Origin: Candidatus Forterrea multitransposorum CG_2015-17_Forterrea_25_41
Lineage (GTDB): Archaea; Iainarchaeota; Iainarchaeia; Iainarchaeales; CSSED10-239
NCBI GenBank assembly: GCA_009392915.1
Contig: CP045477.1
Coordinates: 512,001 to 576,000, forward strand
Direction of reading: 5' to 3'
Length of the DNA: 64,000 nt
The translations under genes and the position numbers were made by a program. Positions 50,995 through 60,310 of this stretch are shown piece by piece. The notes under the pieces are model-generated. The model saw only the letters and a program-made list of their open reading frames with translations. It had not been told where the DNA came from and searched no databases. Positions within the stretch are counted from its first letter, which is position 1. Every line of letters starts with the position of its first letter.

Positions 50995-51088
50995 GGCTAC
51001 TACCTTTGGGGGTGAAGCACCTTTCCTAAAGGAGCTCTCTTGCGCGTGAACAAGAGCAAACATTGGGTGCGAACTGACCGAAACCAGT
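50995..51088. ncRNA. unclassified GC-rich structured RNA candidate immediately downstream of gltX
   Basis: About 95 nt at ~55% GC in ~27% GC DNA; hairpins ctcttg-cgcgtgaa-caagag and gaactg-accgaaac-cagttc; not foldable as tRNA/5S by hand; strand undetermined. Confidence 0.3.
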
Positions 51089-52783
51089 TCAGTGGGTAAA
51101 CCAAAAGTTATAAACCTTCTTCCCTTCCTTTTCCTCAATAGAATCAAGTCTTGCAAAACAGAATCTCTCAAACTGTATTATATCCCCAACAGATATTTGC
51201 TCAATTGTCTTTTCTGCCTTTGCATTTATCAATTCATGCTCAGGAGTAAAGATTGTAACATCTATTAATTGAGAAGGATCTTTTGGAAGGAAATGTATTA
51301 TTTTTTTATTTTCATTCTCTTCATTCTTAAAAGATAAATAATCCTCAGAATCAAAAACAAAAGAACCATCCTTTACTCTAAAATTAATATTATCCATAAG
51401 TCTTACAAGGTTTCCTTCCTTAAAAGAATCAAAATCTTCATTCTCTATTAAATAAACACCATTTGAAGTGAAATTTCTTTGTCCAAGATTTAATGAAGGA
51501 TGTAGAGATAAAGAATATTCTTTACAAACATCATTTTCAACAGTAATCTCAACAGGGTTTTTAATTGCAAAAAATCTTTTTGCAGAATCATTTAAAACTT
51601 TTTTATTATACTTAATTAAAGTATCCCAAGTTAAAACAGAACCTGCAGACTTTGTAATACCGGACTCAACAACCATTTGTTTTATTGCCTCAGGAGTAAA
51701 ACCTCTTCTCTTAAGTGCACGAAGAGTTGGAAGTGAAGGGTCATCCCAACCTATAAGCTCACCAGAGTTAACTTTTTCTCTAATAGCTCTTCCTGAAGAT
51801 AACATTCCTTCTAAGTTCATTCTTGAAAATTCATAAGTAACAGTATTATGTAAACCTAAAATTTTTCTAATATACTGATGAAGCTCACTTGCCATCTCAA
51901 ACTCAACAGTTCTTAACCTATGAGTAATATTAAAATAACCATCTAAAACAGCATTTTGAAAATCATAAGCAGGATAATTTCTATGCTTATAACCTATTCT
52001 TGGATGTTCACAATCAATTATTCTAAAGATTGTAGGATCTCTCATTCTTGAATTTTTATGTTTTAAATCTATTTTTAGTCTTAAGGAAGCTTTTCCTTCC
52101 TCGTAACCGTCCATTTCCTTCCACTTGATTAAGTTTTCTTGAGGAGAGACTTTTCTACAATTACAAGGAGTTGAAGTTTCTCTATTTTTACTCATCTCTT
52201 CAGGTGTACAGAAACAAACATATGCTTGAGATTTTAAGATTAATTTTTCTGCCATTTCTTTCATCATATCTATATAGTCTGATGCAAAAACAAGCTCGTC
52301 CCATTCAATACCAAGCCATTTAAAATCATCTTGAGAAATTTCATAGAATTCAGATCTTACAAGACGAGGGTTTGTGTCTTCAAACCTTAATTGAAATTTT
52401 CCAGAATATTTTTTTGCTAAAAGATAATTAAGTAAAACTGCTTTAGCGTGGCCTATGTGAAAATATTTTTCTGGGCCTGGTGGAAATGCAGATTTTACAA
52501 CATCGCCTTCTTTAATGTTTAAAAATGCAAAAATATTTCTTTCTTCTTTTTCTTTCTTTTCAAAAAAGCTAGGATTTATTTCTTTTAACATCTCTTGCTG
52601 TTTTTCAAGAGAAAGAGAATTAATTTCTTCAATTAAAGGAATAAGCTCAAGAGAAAGTTCTTTTGTTTTTTGTCTGTATTCAGGAAAGTCTTTAAGGATA
52701 GCTCCTAAGATATACTTAATTTCAGCTTTACCTTTATACTTTACAGCATTTTCTAAAATAATTTTTTTAAAAGTTTCTTGCAT
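51089..52783 (-). CDS. gltX: glutamyl-tRNA synthetase (archaeal type)
   Basis: 564 aa; PPGPEKYFHIGHAKAVLLNY (HIGH), RFEDTNP, archaeal GluRS length and C-terminal anticodon-binding region. Confidence 0.9.
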   Translation of the reverse strand: MQETFKKIILENAVKYKGKAEIKYILGAILKDFPEYRQKTKELSLELIPLIEEINSLSLEKQQEMLKEINPSFFEKKEKEERNIFAFLNIKEGDVVKSAFPPGPEKYFHIGHAKAVLLNYLLAKKYSGKFQLRFEDTNPRLVRSEFYEISQDDFKWLGIEWDELVFASDYIDMMKEMAEKLILKSQAYVCFCTPEEMSKNRETSTPCNCRKVSPQENLIKWKEMDGYEEGKASLRLKIDLKHKNSRMRDPTIFRIIDCEHPRIGYKHRNYPAYDFQNAVLDGYFNITHRLRTVEFEMASELHQYIRKILGLHNTVTYEFSRMNLEGMLSSGRAIREKVNSGELIGWDDPSLPTLRALKRRGFTPEAIKQMVVESGITKSAGSVLTWDTLIKYNKKVLNDSAKRFFAIKNPVEITVENDVCKEYSLSLHPSLNLGQRNFTSNGVYLIENEDFDSFKEGNLVRLMDNINFRVKDGSFVFDSEDYLSFKNEENENKKIIHFLPKDPSQLIDVTIFTPEHELINAKAEKTIEQISVGDIIQFERFCFARLDSIEEKEGKKVYNFWFTH

Positions 52784-52785
52784 AT

Positions 52786-53064
52786 TTAATCATAATTATT
52801 TTTATAAACATTATCTCTATGTTCAAAATATCTAAACAAAATTTTATTTTCTTTTTTTAAATATCTAAAAATTAAAACAAATTTCTGAGTAATGTGAACT
52901 CTTTTAAAAATTTGTAATGGTTTTTTTAAATTTTTATAATGTTCAACATCACTACAATTCTTAATTTCATCAACCTTATTAAGTACTTGAGCATACAACA
53001 CAGGATCTTTTTTAGAAATTTTTATTAAATCCTTTAATAATTCTTTATGAAATTCAAAGTCCAT
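52786..53064 (-). CDS. type II toxin, RelE/ParE family
   Basis: 92 aa; C-terminal KRVHITQKFVLIFRYLKKENKILFRYFEHRDNVYK typical of RelE/ParE fold. Confidence 0.6.
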   Translation of the reverse strand: MDFEFHKELLKDLIKISKKDPVLYAQVLNKVDEIKNCSDVEHYKNLKKPLQIFKRVHITQKFVLIFRYLKKENKILFRYFEHRDNVYKNNYD

Positions 53065-53316
53065 TTATTTTCCTTTAATATAATTATCTAAATCATCTAC
53101 AGAATTAAATTTTTTATAGTTAGAAGATTTATCTTTTTTATTATCAGATAAAACTTTTTTTATAAAGTCTGGTCTTAATTCTGGTTCTAGTTCTAAATCT
53201 GCATAATATTTTACAACTACAGAAATAGCTTCTACTTTATTTTTTAAATTATTCTTTGCTTTTATAATATTTAAGGTTTGATTTATATCTATTGGTAAGT
53301 CTAATAATGCTTTCAT
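53065..53316 (-). CDS. putative antitoxin partner of RelE/ParE toxin
   Basis: 83 aa ORF immediately upstream, stop abuts toxin start. Confidence 0.45.
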   Translation of the reverse strand: MKALLDLPIDINQTLNIIKAKNNLKNKVEAISVVVKYYADLELEPELRPDFIKKVLSDNKKDKSSNYKKFNSVDDLDNYIKGK

Positions 53317-53388
53317 GTAATCACCATATATATAATATATAGAAACATTAATAAATGTTAATAATTGTTAACAAATATTAATAATTAT

Positions 53389-53808
53389 TCATTTTTTATA
53401 AATTTCTTTTAAACTATATTTTTTAAATAAATTTTTAATAGGTAAAAATAATTTTTTAGGAAAAGCATCAATTGAAATCCATTTAACTTCTTTACATTTT
53501 TTAGGCTCTTTAATTTCTGGAGTTCCTGAAAAGTATTCTGCTTTATAAAAAATTGTAACATAATGTTTATCTGCCTTTATATAAAAATCATTTGTAATAT
53601 CTATAAACTTTAGATTTTTAATTTTTATTCCAACTTCTTCTAAAGTTTCTCGCTTTATAGCTTTTTCAAAACTTTCAAACATCTCAAGATGACCACCAGG
53701 AATTGACCAAGTGTTTTCCCCTATTTTTTTAGAAGATTTTCTTTTCATTAAAAGAACTTTATCTTCTTTAAAAATAAAAACTGCAACTCCTATCTTTGGT
53801 CTTGGCAT
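53389..53808 (-). CDS. NUDIX hydrolase
   Basis: NUDIX box GGHLEMFESFEKAIKRETLEEVG (Gx5Ex7REUxEExGU). Confidence 0.8.
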   Translation of the reverse strand: MPRPKIGVAVFIFKEDKVLLMKRKSSKKIGENTWSIPGGHLEMFESFEKAIKRETLEEVGIKIKNLKFIDITNDFYIKADKHYVTIFYKAEYFSGTPEIKEPKKCKEVKWISIDAFPKKLFLPIKNLFKKYSLKEIYKK

Positions 53809-53830
53809 AAAAAATCACTAAAAATTACAA

Positions 53831-54853
53831 TTATTCAGGATATGCCTCTTTAATTAACTCTTCTTTTCCTTCAAAGTTTTTTCTTATAGGTTCTAAAAGC
53901 TTATTAACTTCTTCTGCAACACCTGACTTAAGATCCATTGGGTGTAAAGCTTTTGATGCAAAGGCCTCTTGTAGATCTTCTTGAGTCTTAAACTTTAAAG
54001 GCCCACCCCATTTTTCTGGCCTATCAATTATAAACTCTTCACCTTTATCTTGTTTTTGAGTCATTATTAAAAGTTTTGCAAAATCTAAAACTCCATTTTC
54101 AATATTTCCTTCTTCACAATATGCTTTCTTTAATTTATTTTTAATAGTTTCATAATCATCTATTAAATCTATTTTTGAAGCTTGGTTTGAAGAAGACATT
54201 TTACCATCAGGAGTTAAGCCTCTTATAAAAGGAATCATAACTTCAACTCTTGGTTTTTCTCCAAGCTTTGGCAGGAATTCTCTTGCAAGAACAAATATTT
54301 TTCTTTGATCAATTGCTCCTAACTGCACATCAACATCTAAATGAACTTCATCAAGTGCCTGCATTAATGGATATAAAAGACCAGAAAGCTTAGGATTATC
54401 TCCTTGTTTTACAACATCACTAGATGCTTTTTCTGCATTTCTAACAGTTACTTCTGAAGACATTTTATAAAGATCTAAAACATATTCTTTAGATAATTGA
54501 AAATCTGAACCTTTAACAATTTCAAAATTTTCTAAATCTCCACCAAGTGCTTCAATCATTCCTTTAATAACTATTGAATAGTATTCGTATCTTTTTTCAA
54601 GTAAAGGCCAAGGAGTATTATCTAAAGCTCCATGAAGATCTGCTAAAAGAACTTTAACTTTAAAACCTGCATTAAGAAAATCATTTAACTTTTGAGCCCA
54701 GGTAAAATAACCTATATGAGGTCTTCCAGTAACTGATGTTCCTAAGTAAACAACTGGTTTTTCTTTTTCTTTTAAAAGTTTTAAAAGTTCTTCCTCACTT
54801 ATAATTTCTTGAGTATTTCTTTTTATTAATTTAAATCTTTCTTCAACATCCAT
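53831..54853 (-). CDS. tyrS: tyrosyl-tRNA synthetase (archaeal type)
   Basis: 340 aa; strong similarity pattern to M. jannaschii TyrRS: RPHIGYF, LLADLH, KMSSS, RPEKWGGPL...LHPMDLKSGVAEE..LEPIRK. Confidence 0.9.
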   Translation of the reverse strand: MDVEERFKLIKRNTQEIISEEELLKLLKEKEKPVVYLGTSVTGRPHIGYFTWAQKLNDFLNAGFKVKVLLADLHGALDNTPWPLLEKRYEYYSIVIKGMIEALGGDLENFEIVKGSDFQLSKEYVLDLYKMSSEVTVRNAEKASSDVVKQGDNPKLSGLLYPLMQALDEVHLDVDVQLGAIDQRKIFVLAREFLPKLGEKPRVEVMIPFIRGLTPDGKMSSSNQASKIDLIDDYETIKNKLKKAYCEEGNIENGVLDFAKLLIMTQKQDKGEEFIIDRPEKWGGPLKFKTQEDLQEAFASKALHPMDLKSGVAEEVNKLLEPIRKNFEGKEELIKEAYPE

Positions 54854-54882
54854 AATAAATCACATATTTTTTATTTAAAAAA

Positions 54883-55209
54883 TTATTTTAACTTAACAGC
54901 AGTTCCATATGCAAGCATTTCTGAAGCTCCTTGCATAACCATAGAAGTTGTAAATCTTAAACCTATAACTGCATCTGCTTTAAGATCAATTGCTTCGTTT
55001 ATCATTCTATTATAAGCTTCTTCTCTTGAATGAATAGTCATTTCTGTGTAAGTTTTAACTTCTCCACCAACTAAATTTCTAAGACCAGCACCAATATCTC
55101 TTCCAAGATTTCTTGATCTAACAGTATTTCCTTTAACAATTCCTAATATTTTTATTATTTTTTTACCAGGAATTTCTTGTCCAGTTGTAACAATCATTTC
55201 TTTTGCCAT
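54883..55209 (-). CDS. YbjQ/UPF0145 family protein
   Basis: 108 aa; IVTTG..IPG..I...LGIV.G..V...N.GRDI.AGLRNLVGGE...Y characteristic of YbjQ. Confidence 0.8.
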   Translation of the reverse strand: MAKEMIVTTGQEIPGKKIIKILGIVKGNTVRSRNLGRDIGAGLRNLVGGEVKTYTEMTIHSREEAYNRMINEAIDLKADAVIGLRFTTSMVMQGASEMLAYGTAVKLK

Positions 55210-55218
55210 AATTAAATT

Positions 55219-55395
55219 TCACCTTTTTTTAATTTGTTCAATAACATCTTCTTTTTTATTAAATAAAATAAATAAAAATACAATAAATATTGGAACACCA
55301 TATATAAAAAATATAGGACTTATAATAATTCCTAAAAATATTAAAATCAAACTTAAAATTAAACCAATATAATTAATTATATTTTTATTATCCAT
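55219..55395 (-). CDS. hypothetical small membrane protein
   Basis: 58 aa MDNKNIINYIGLILSLILIFLGIIISPIFFIYGVPIFIVFLFILFNKK..., upstream of ybjQ-like gene; hand-translated. Confidence 0.3.
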   Translation of the reverse strand: MDNKNIINYIGLILSLILIFLGIIISPIFFIYGVPIFIVFLFILFNKKEDVIEQIKKR

Positions 55396-55500
55396 ATCAA
55401 ATTATCTCTTTTATAATATTATATATAAATTATAATAAGAAGTATATAAAAATATATAGATATAGTTAATATTTATTAAAATAAAGATAAAGATTTAAGT

Positions 55501-56952
55501 ATGTTTAAAAAAATATTTTCTAAAAAAATTAATATTATATTAATTATTATTTTTATATTAATAACTACATATTCAATGATAAACTACATGCCTTATTGGG
55601 ATGAAGCAGTTTATATTAATAATGGGAAATATTTATTTTCATTAACAGAAATTTCAACTTATGAATACCAAAGACCCCCTATCATGGGTATTTTAACAGG
55701 AGTTTTTTGGGTTCTAGGTTTAAATGAGATTTTGTTTACAAAAATCCTTCTTTCAATAATATTTATTCTTGGTCTTTTATATTTATTTAAGATTTCTGAA
55801 GATATTAAAAAAGGAAGTGGAATAATTACTACTTTAATATATGCATCTCTTCCAACAATATCTTTATTTACAAATAGAGTCTTAACTGAACTTCCTGGAA
55901 GCGCTTTATCTATTATAGGTTATTATTTTTTTACTAAAAAAAAATATATATTATCAGGATTAATATTTTCATTAGCATTTCTATTTAGGTATCCTACAGG
56001 ACTTATCTTTGGAATTTTAGGAATTTTTTTAATTATTGAAGTTATTAAAAAAAGAAAATTTAAAAATTTAAAAAATATATTAAAATATGGAATTGGTTTT
56101 TCAATATTAGTAATTCCTTTTATAATTATTAATTATATATTTATTAGAAATGAATATCTAACATTATCATTAATTAATAAACTACTTTTACCATTTATTA
56201 ATGCTTCTAAAATGGTGGCAGCAAATTCTTTTGATTTAGTTACAAATGGTTTTTTATATTATATTAAATATTTATTCTATGAAAACTTTTTATTAGTTTT
56301 TTTCATATTATTTTTAATACTTGGAATAATCTTTAAAAAAAGTAGAAAATTATTTTTAAAGAAAAAAGTAATTATTCCAATAGTAATTTCTATAATAGGT
56401 TATTTGTATATTTCATCACTTGTACACTATGAACCAAGATATTTTATTGTAGCATTACCTTTCTTTTCAATAATTGCAGGAGTTTCGATAATTGAATTTT
56501 TAAAAAGAATTAAATTAATAAAAATTAAACCAATAATTGAAATTGCACTTATAATATTTGTAATAGCAATATATATTTTTTTAATAAAACAACAAATAAT
56601 GAATAACCAGATTACTGAATTTAAAGAAATTGAAGAATACTATAATTATGTTAAAAGTATAGATAAAGATTATAGAGGATTGGTAGCTGTTGATAATCCT
56701 GTATTTGGAATTTATAATGAAAATAAATTTATTTATCTATCAGGACCTTTTTATGCAGCTTACATTCTAGAGAATAACCCTTCTGTAAAATATGTTTATT
56801 TTGAAGAAAGAACAATTACTTGTTTTAATAAAGAAGATAAAGAATGTATTGAAAAAGAAGAAAAATTTAGAAACTTAATGTCTCAAAAATATGATTTAAT
56901 ATACACAACTAATTTTCAAAAAAGTACTCAATATATCTACAAGCTAAAATAA
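55501..56952 (+). CDS. GT-C fold glycosyltransferase (ArnT/PMT-like, polytopic)
   Basis: 483 aa, more than 10 TM; first loop YWDEAVY (DE motif of GT-C enzymes), YQRPP. Confidence 0.55.
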   Translation: MFKKIFSKKINIILIIIFILITTYSMINYMPYWDEAVYINNGKYLFSLTEISTYEYQRPPIMGILTGVFWVLGLNEILFTKILLSIIFILGLLYLFKISEDIKKGSGIITTLIYASLPTISLFTNRVLTELPGSALSIIGYYFFTKKKYILSGLIFSLAFLFRYPTGLIFGILGIFLIIEVIKKRKFKNLKNILKYGIGFSILVIPFIIINYIFIRNEYLTLSLINKLLLPFINASKMVAANSFDLVTNGFLYYIKYLFYENFLLVFFILFLILGIIFKKSRKLFLKKKVIIPIVISIIGYLYISSLVHYEPRYFIVALPFFSIIAGVSIIEFLKRIKLIKIKPIIEIALIIFVIAIYIFLIKQQIMNNQITEFKEIEEYYNYVKSIDKDYRGLVAVDNPVFGIYNENKFIYLSGPFYAAYILENNPSVKYVYFEERTITCFNKEDKECIEKEEKFRNLMSQKYDLIYTTNFQKSTQYIYKLK

Positions 56953-57690
56953 ATCATATTCTTTAAATTTTTTTATTCTAAACTTAGTTAAAAGATATTT
57001 AGAGATTTCTTTAATTATTGAAAGCCCATAAACTAAAGATGCCTTTAATTTTATTGAAGATGCTTCTGGAAAATATCTTGTTTCAACAGGAACTTCTTTT
57101 ATTTTGTATTTTTTAATAACAGTTTGTATAATAATTTGAGTATCAAAAACAAAATTATCAGAATTTTTATCTAATGGAATAGAAGTTAATAATTTTTTAG
57201 AATAAGATCTATAACCTGTATGAAATTCACTTAAAGAAGTATTAAGAAAAATATTTTCAAAAAATGTTAAAACTCTATTTCCAAAATATTTATAATAAGG
57301 CATACCCCCTTTAATTGGATCTTTTTTATTTAAAAATCTAGATGCAAAAACAGCATCTGCTTTTCCTTGAACAATTGGAATAAACATTTTATTTAAAATT
57401 CTAGGATCATACTGATAATCAGGGTGTATCATTATAACAACATCAGCACCTCTTTTTAAGGCTTCTTTATAACAAGTCTTTTGATTTGCACCATAACCTT
57501 TGTTTTTTTTATGCTTGATTGTCATAATACCTAGTTTTTTTGAAAGAGAGTAAGTATTATCAGTAGAATTATCATCAACTAAGATCATTTCATCTACATA
57601 TTCTTTTGGAATATCTTTAATTGTCTTTTCTAAAGTACTTTCTGCATTATATGCAGGAAAAACAATAATTATTTTTTTACCATCATACAT
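56944..57690 (-). CDS. family 2 glycosyltransferase (polyprenyl/dolichyl-phosphate sugar synthase, ArnC/DPM1-like)
   Basis: IVFPAYNAESTL...ILVDDNSTDNT...NKGYGANQKT...MIHPDYQYDP. Confidence 0.85.
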   Translation of the reverse strand: MYDGKKIIIVFPAYNAESTLEKTIKDIPKEYVDEMILVDDNSTDNTYSLSKKLGIMTIKHKKNKGYGANQKTCYKEALKRGADVVIMIHPDYQYDPRILNKMFIPIVQGKADAVFASRFLNKKDPIKGGMPYYKYFGNRVLTFFENIFLNTSLSEFHTGYRSYSKKLLTSIPLDKNSDNFVFDTQIIIQTVIKKYKIKEVPVETRYFPEASSIKLKASLVYGLSIIKEISKYLLTKFRIKKFKEYDLF

Positions 57691-57774
57691 TCAAAATCAA
57701 TATTTATAAATATTTAAGCTATCACTAAATATAATATAGATTCCTAAATAAATAAAAACTAAACTGATTAAAAG

Positions 57775-58212
57775 ATGACAAACAATATTTTAGATAAAAC
57801 ATTTGATTTTCTTGAAAAAAGAAATAAACATTTTAAAAAAATTAGAACTATTGGAAAATATACAATCTTTTCTGTAATTGCAACACTTACAGATCTTTTA
57901 TTTTTATATGTATTTACAGAGTTTATAGGTTTGTTTTATTTAGTATCAGTAAAACTATCATACTTTATAGGAATGATTGTTGCTTTTTTTGGAAATAAAC
58001 AATATACTTTTAAAAAAACTAATAAAAGAAGCTATCATCAATTTATTGATTTTTTTATAATATCTGTTATTGATTTATGTATGAATGTAATACTTATTAA
58101 ACTATTAACTGAATATTTAGGAGTATGGTATATTTTATCAAAAATAATAACTGTAATAATTATATTCTTTGGAAAATATTTACTTCATAAAAAAATAGCA
58201 TTTAAAAATTAA
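57775..58212 (+). CDS. GtrA family membrane protein (lipid-linked sugar translocation)
   Basis: 145 aa, 4 TM, GKYTIFSVIATLTDLLFLYVF...FFGNKQYTFKK GtrA pattern. Confidence 0.7.
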   Translation: MTNNILDKTFDFLEKRNKHFKKIRTIGKYTIFSVIATLTDLLFLYVFTEFIGLFYLVSVKLSYFIGMIVAFFGNKQYTFKKTNKRSYHQFIDFFIISVIDLCMNVILIKLLTEYLGVWYILSKIITVIIIFFGKYLLHKKIAFKN

Positions 58213-58215
58213 AAG

Positions 58216-58288
58216 CGCCTCGGGTAGGATTTGAACCTACGACCTATCGGTTAACAGCCGATCGCTCCAACCACTAAGCTACCGAGGC
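58216..58288 (-). tRNA. tRNA-Asn (anticodon GTT)
   Basis: Reverse complement folds: acceptor gcctcgg/ccgaggc, D arm gctt/gagc, anticodon stem atcgg/ccgat loop ctGTTaa, T arm gtagg-ttcaaat-cctac, discriminator G. Confidence 0.85.
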
Positions 58289-58363
58289 AGATTACTAATA
58301 TTTTTAATAACATAAAATTAGTATTAAATAATTAAGAACATAAATATATTTAAACCTATTTTT

Positions 58364-59209
58364 TTATATAAAAGTTAAAGAAATCAGGAAAAGATTTCTT
58401 AAAGCTGTTGAAAAACCAATTATTATTATAAATAGCTTAAAATAGTTGTTTAAAGAAGAATCTTTAACATATTTATCAATTATAAATAAAAGAGCTAGAC
58501 AAAGAAATATTTTTACAAATAAAAAAACATAAGGATTTAAAGAAATTAAAAAATTTGATAAAACATGAATTTCTTTAAAATTATTTGGAATAAAACTAAC
58601 CATATAAAAAGTAATAAAAGAATCTAGAACTTGAGAAAAAAATGCTAATTGACTAGATTTTTTTAAAAATAGTCTTTTTTTAAAAATAAAATAAAAAATT
58701 ATAAAAATTATTGAAGAAAAGAAAATTAATTTTAAAAATAAAAAATAATTAACAAGATTTATAAAAAATAAAACTAAAAGAGGAAATAACAATATATAAC
58801 TTAAAAATAAAAGAATGTTTTCAAAAGAAAATTTAGTTTTCTTTTCAATAAATAAAGATAATTCAAAGAATATTAAAAAAAGTAAACCTAAAAATAAAAA
58901 AAGATTAGGATAATATAAATAAAAACCAATTGAAAAAGGATTATTTGAAGAAGGAATAAAAAAATCTAAAGAAGTAAAAGAAAAAGATAACATTCTTAAG
59001 AAAGCACCAATAACTACAAAATTAAAAACAGATAATATGAATCTAAAATTAATATTTATTTTTCTAAATATTAAATAAGGATAGATTAAAAAATAAATAA
59101 AAATACCAATTATTGAATAAGTCAGAGTATTAATAATATTATATCCATTATCTAAAAGATTAAATTTAGAAAAATAATAAATTACCCTTTCTAAAGAAAT
59201 TGGAGACAT
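58364..59209 (-). CDS. hypothetical polytopic membrane protein (possibly DUF63-like)
   Basis: 281 aa, about 8 TM. Confidence 0.4.
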   Translation of the reverse strand: MSPISLERVIYYFSKFNLLDNGYNIINTLTYSIIGIFIYFLIYPYLIFRKININFRFILSVFNFVVIGAFLRMLSFSFTSLDFFIPSSNNPFSIGFYLYYPNLFLFLGLLFLIFFELSLFIEKKTKFSFENILLFLSYILLFPLLVLFFINLVNYFLFLKLIFFSSIIFIIFYFIFKKRLFLKKSSQLAFFSQVLDSFITFYMVSFIPNNFKEIHVLSNFLISLNPYVFLFVKIFLCLALLFIIDKYVKDSSLNNYFKLFIIIIGFSTALRNLFLISLTFI

Positions 59210-59226
59210 TTATTAAAAACCTTAAA

Positions 59227-59916
59227 TTAACCTCTAGGGCCTCTTCTAATAATTTTTTTCTTTTTTAAATTAGATTCTAACTTGCTTTGAAAATTTTTAA
59301 CTCTATTTTTATAATCAAAATTTTGAGTTGAAATATTTCTTTCAAGTTTTGGTTTTCTTTTAAAAATAAAACCTTTATCTATTAAATAAATAGGGTTTTT
59401 CTTTAATTGAGCCTGAAGCAATTCAACATTAAATTTATTTTTAAAAAGTGGATTTGTTGAAAAAAGAGTAAATAAACTATCTAAATTTTTTTTAACATCT
59501 TTATTTTTATATAACTCTTTAACTAAAGATTTAAATTGTTTATTTTTAGATTCTAAAATCTTAAGACTAGCTTCTGTATTAAGAGAAGAATTATTTAAGA
59601 CTTTTAATAATTTTTCATTAGCTTCAACATTATATTTATAAAAATCATACATTTTATTAAAAACAGCAGTATCTGTATATAATCTATCTACAATTCTTTG
59701 TGCATTTTTCTGATTTGAATCAGATAATTTATAAGGATAACTTTTAAAAAATTGTTCTACAGCAACTTTTTGTTTTAAATTTTTTTTAATATTAGCATCA
59801 ATAATTTTCTTTGCAGAAAATACAGATAAAAGTAAACTTAAAGAAATTGCACCCGAAATTATAGTTGATTTATTCATATAAATATCTATAACAGAATAAA
59901 ATATAAATATATGCAT
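59227..59916 (-). CDS. hypothetical membrane-anchored protein
   Basis: 229 aa, N-terminal TM. Confidence 0.4.
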   Translation of the reverse strand: MHIFIFYSVIDIYMNKSTIISGAISLSLLLSVFSAKKIIDANIKKNLKQKVAVEQFFKSYPYKLSDSNQKNAQRIVDRLYTDTAVFNKMYDFYKYNVEANEKLLKVLNNSSLNTEASLKILESKNKQFKSLVKELYKNKDVKKNLDSLFTLFSTNPLFKNKFNVELLQAQLKKNPIYLIDKGFIFKRKPKLERNISTQNFDYKNRVKNFQSKLESNLKKKKIIRRGPRG

Positions 59917-60297
59917 CTAAATTTATTTATGAAACTTAAAATAACAGGATTTTCAAAATTTGAAATAACTGAAAAAGAATATAACAAATTCTTAAAAAAA
60001 AGTAAAGAAGAAATTTATATTTGCCTTAAAAAAACAAAAGATGAAGAAATTTATCTTGAAATTGTTGGAGATGATTTTGAGAAAATTAAAGAAACAGTAG
60101 TATATATTTTCTTTAAAATTAAAAAAATTAAGTTTTTTAAAACAACTATCCTAACATTTAGTAAAAAAATAAGCAAAAAAGAAATAAAGAACATAAAAAA
60201 TGAAATTATAACAGAAATTGAAACAAAAATGGATAATATAAATTATAGTTATGCTCCAGAAGATTTACTTGAGATAACAAAAGCTAAATACCTTTAA
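59911..60297 (+). CDS. hypothetical protein
   Basis: 128 aa ORF directly upstream of trm5-like gene. Confidence 0.4.
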   Translation: MHLNLFMKLKITGFSKFEITEKEYNKFLKKSKEEIYICLKKTKDEEIYLEIVGDDFEKIKETVVYIFFKIKKIKFFKTTILTFSKKISKKEIKNIKNEIITEIETKMDNINYSYAPEDLLEITKAKYL

Positions 60298-60310
60298 ATA
60301 AAGATTTATA

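Noticed and set aside
50995-51088. Interpreting the GC-rich segment as a tRNA or 5S rRNA
   Set aside because: No acceptor/T-arm pairing or 5S helix I/loop C consensus could be built by hand on either strand; left as an unclassified RNA candidate.
50986-51171. 61-aa minus-strand ORF
   Set aside because: Overlaps the gltX 3' end and the GC-rich RNA candidate; its Arg/Gly-rich composition follows from GC-rich RNA-like sequence.
51468-51836. 122-aa plus-strand ORF, and likewise 52515-52835, 63409-63777, 20076-20267, 20539-20727, 10680-10937, 11857-12114, 23377-23616, 26573-26806, 29640-29894, 34158-34355, 37147-37356, 42400-42615 and 60265-60528
   Set aside because: All are antisense to, and embedded in, well-supported longer genes with low-complexity translations; treated as shadow ORFs.
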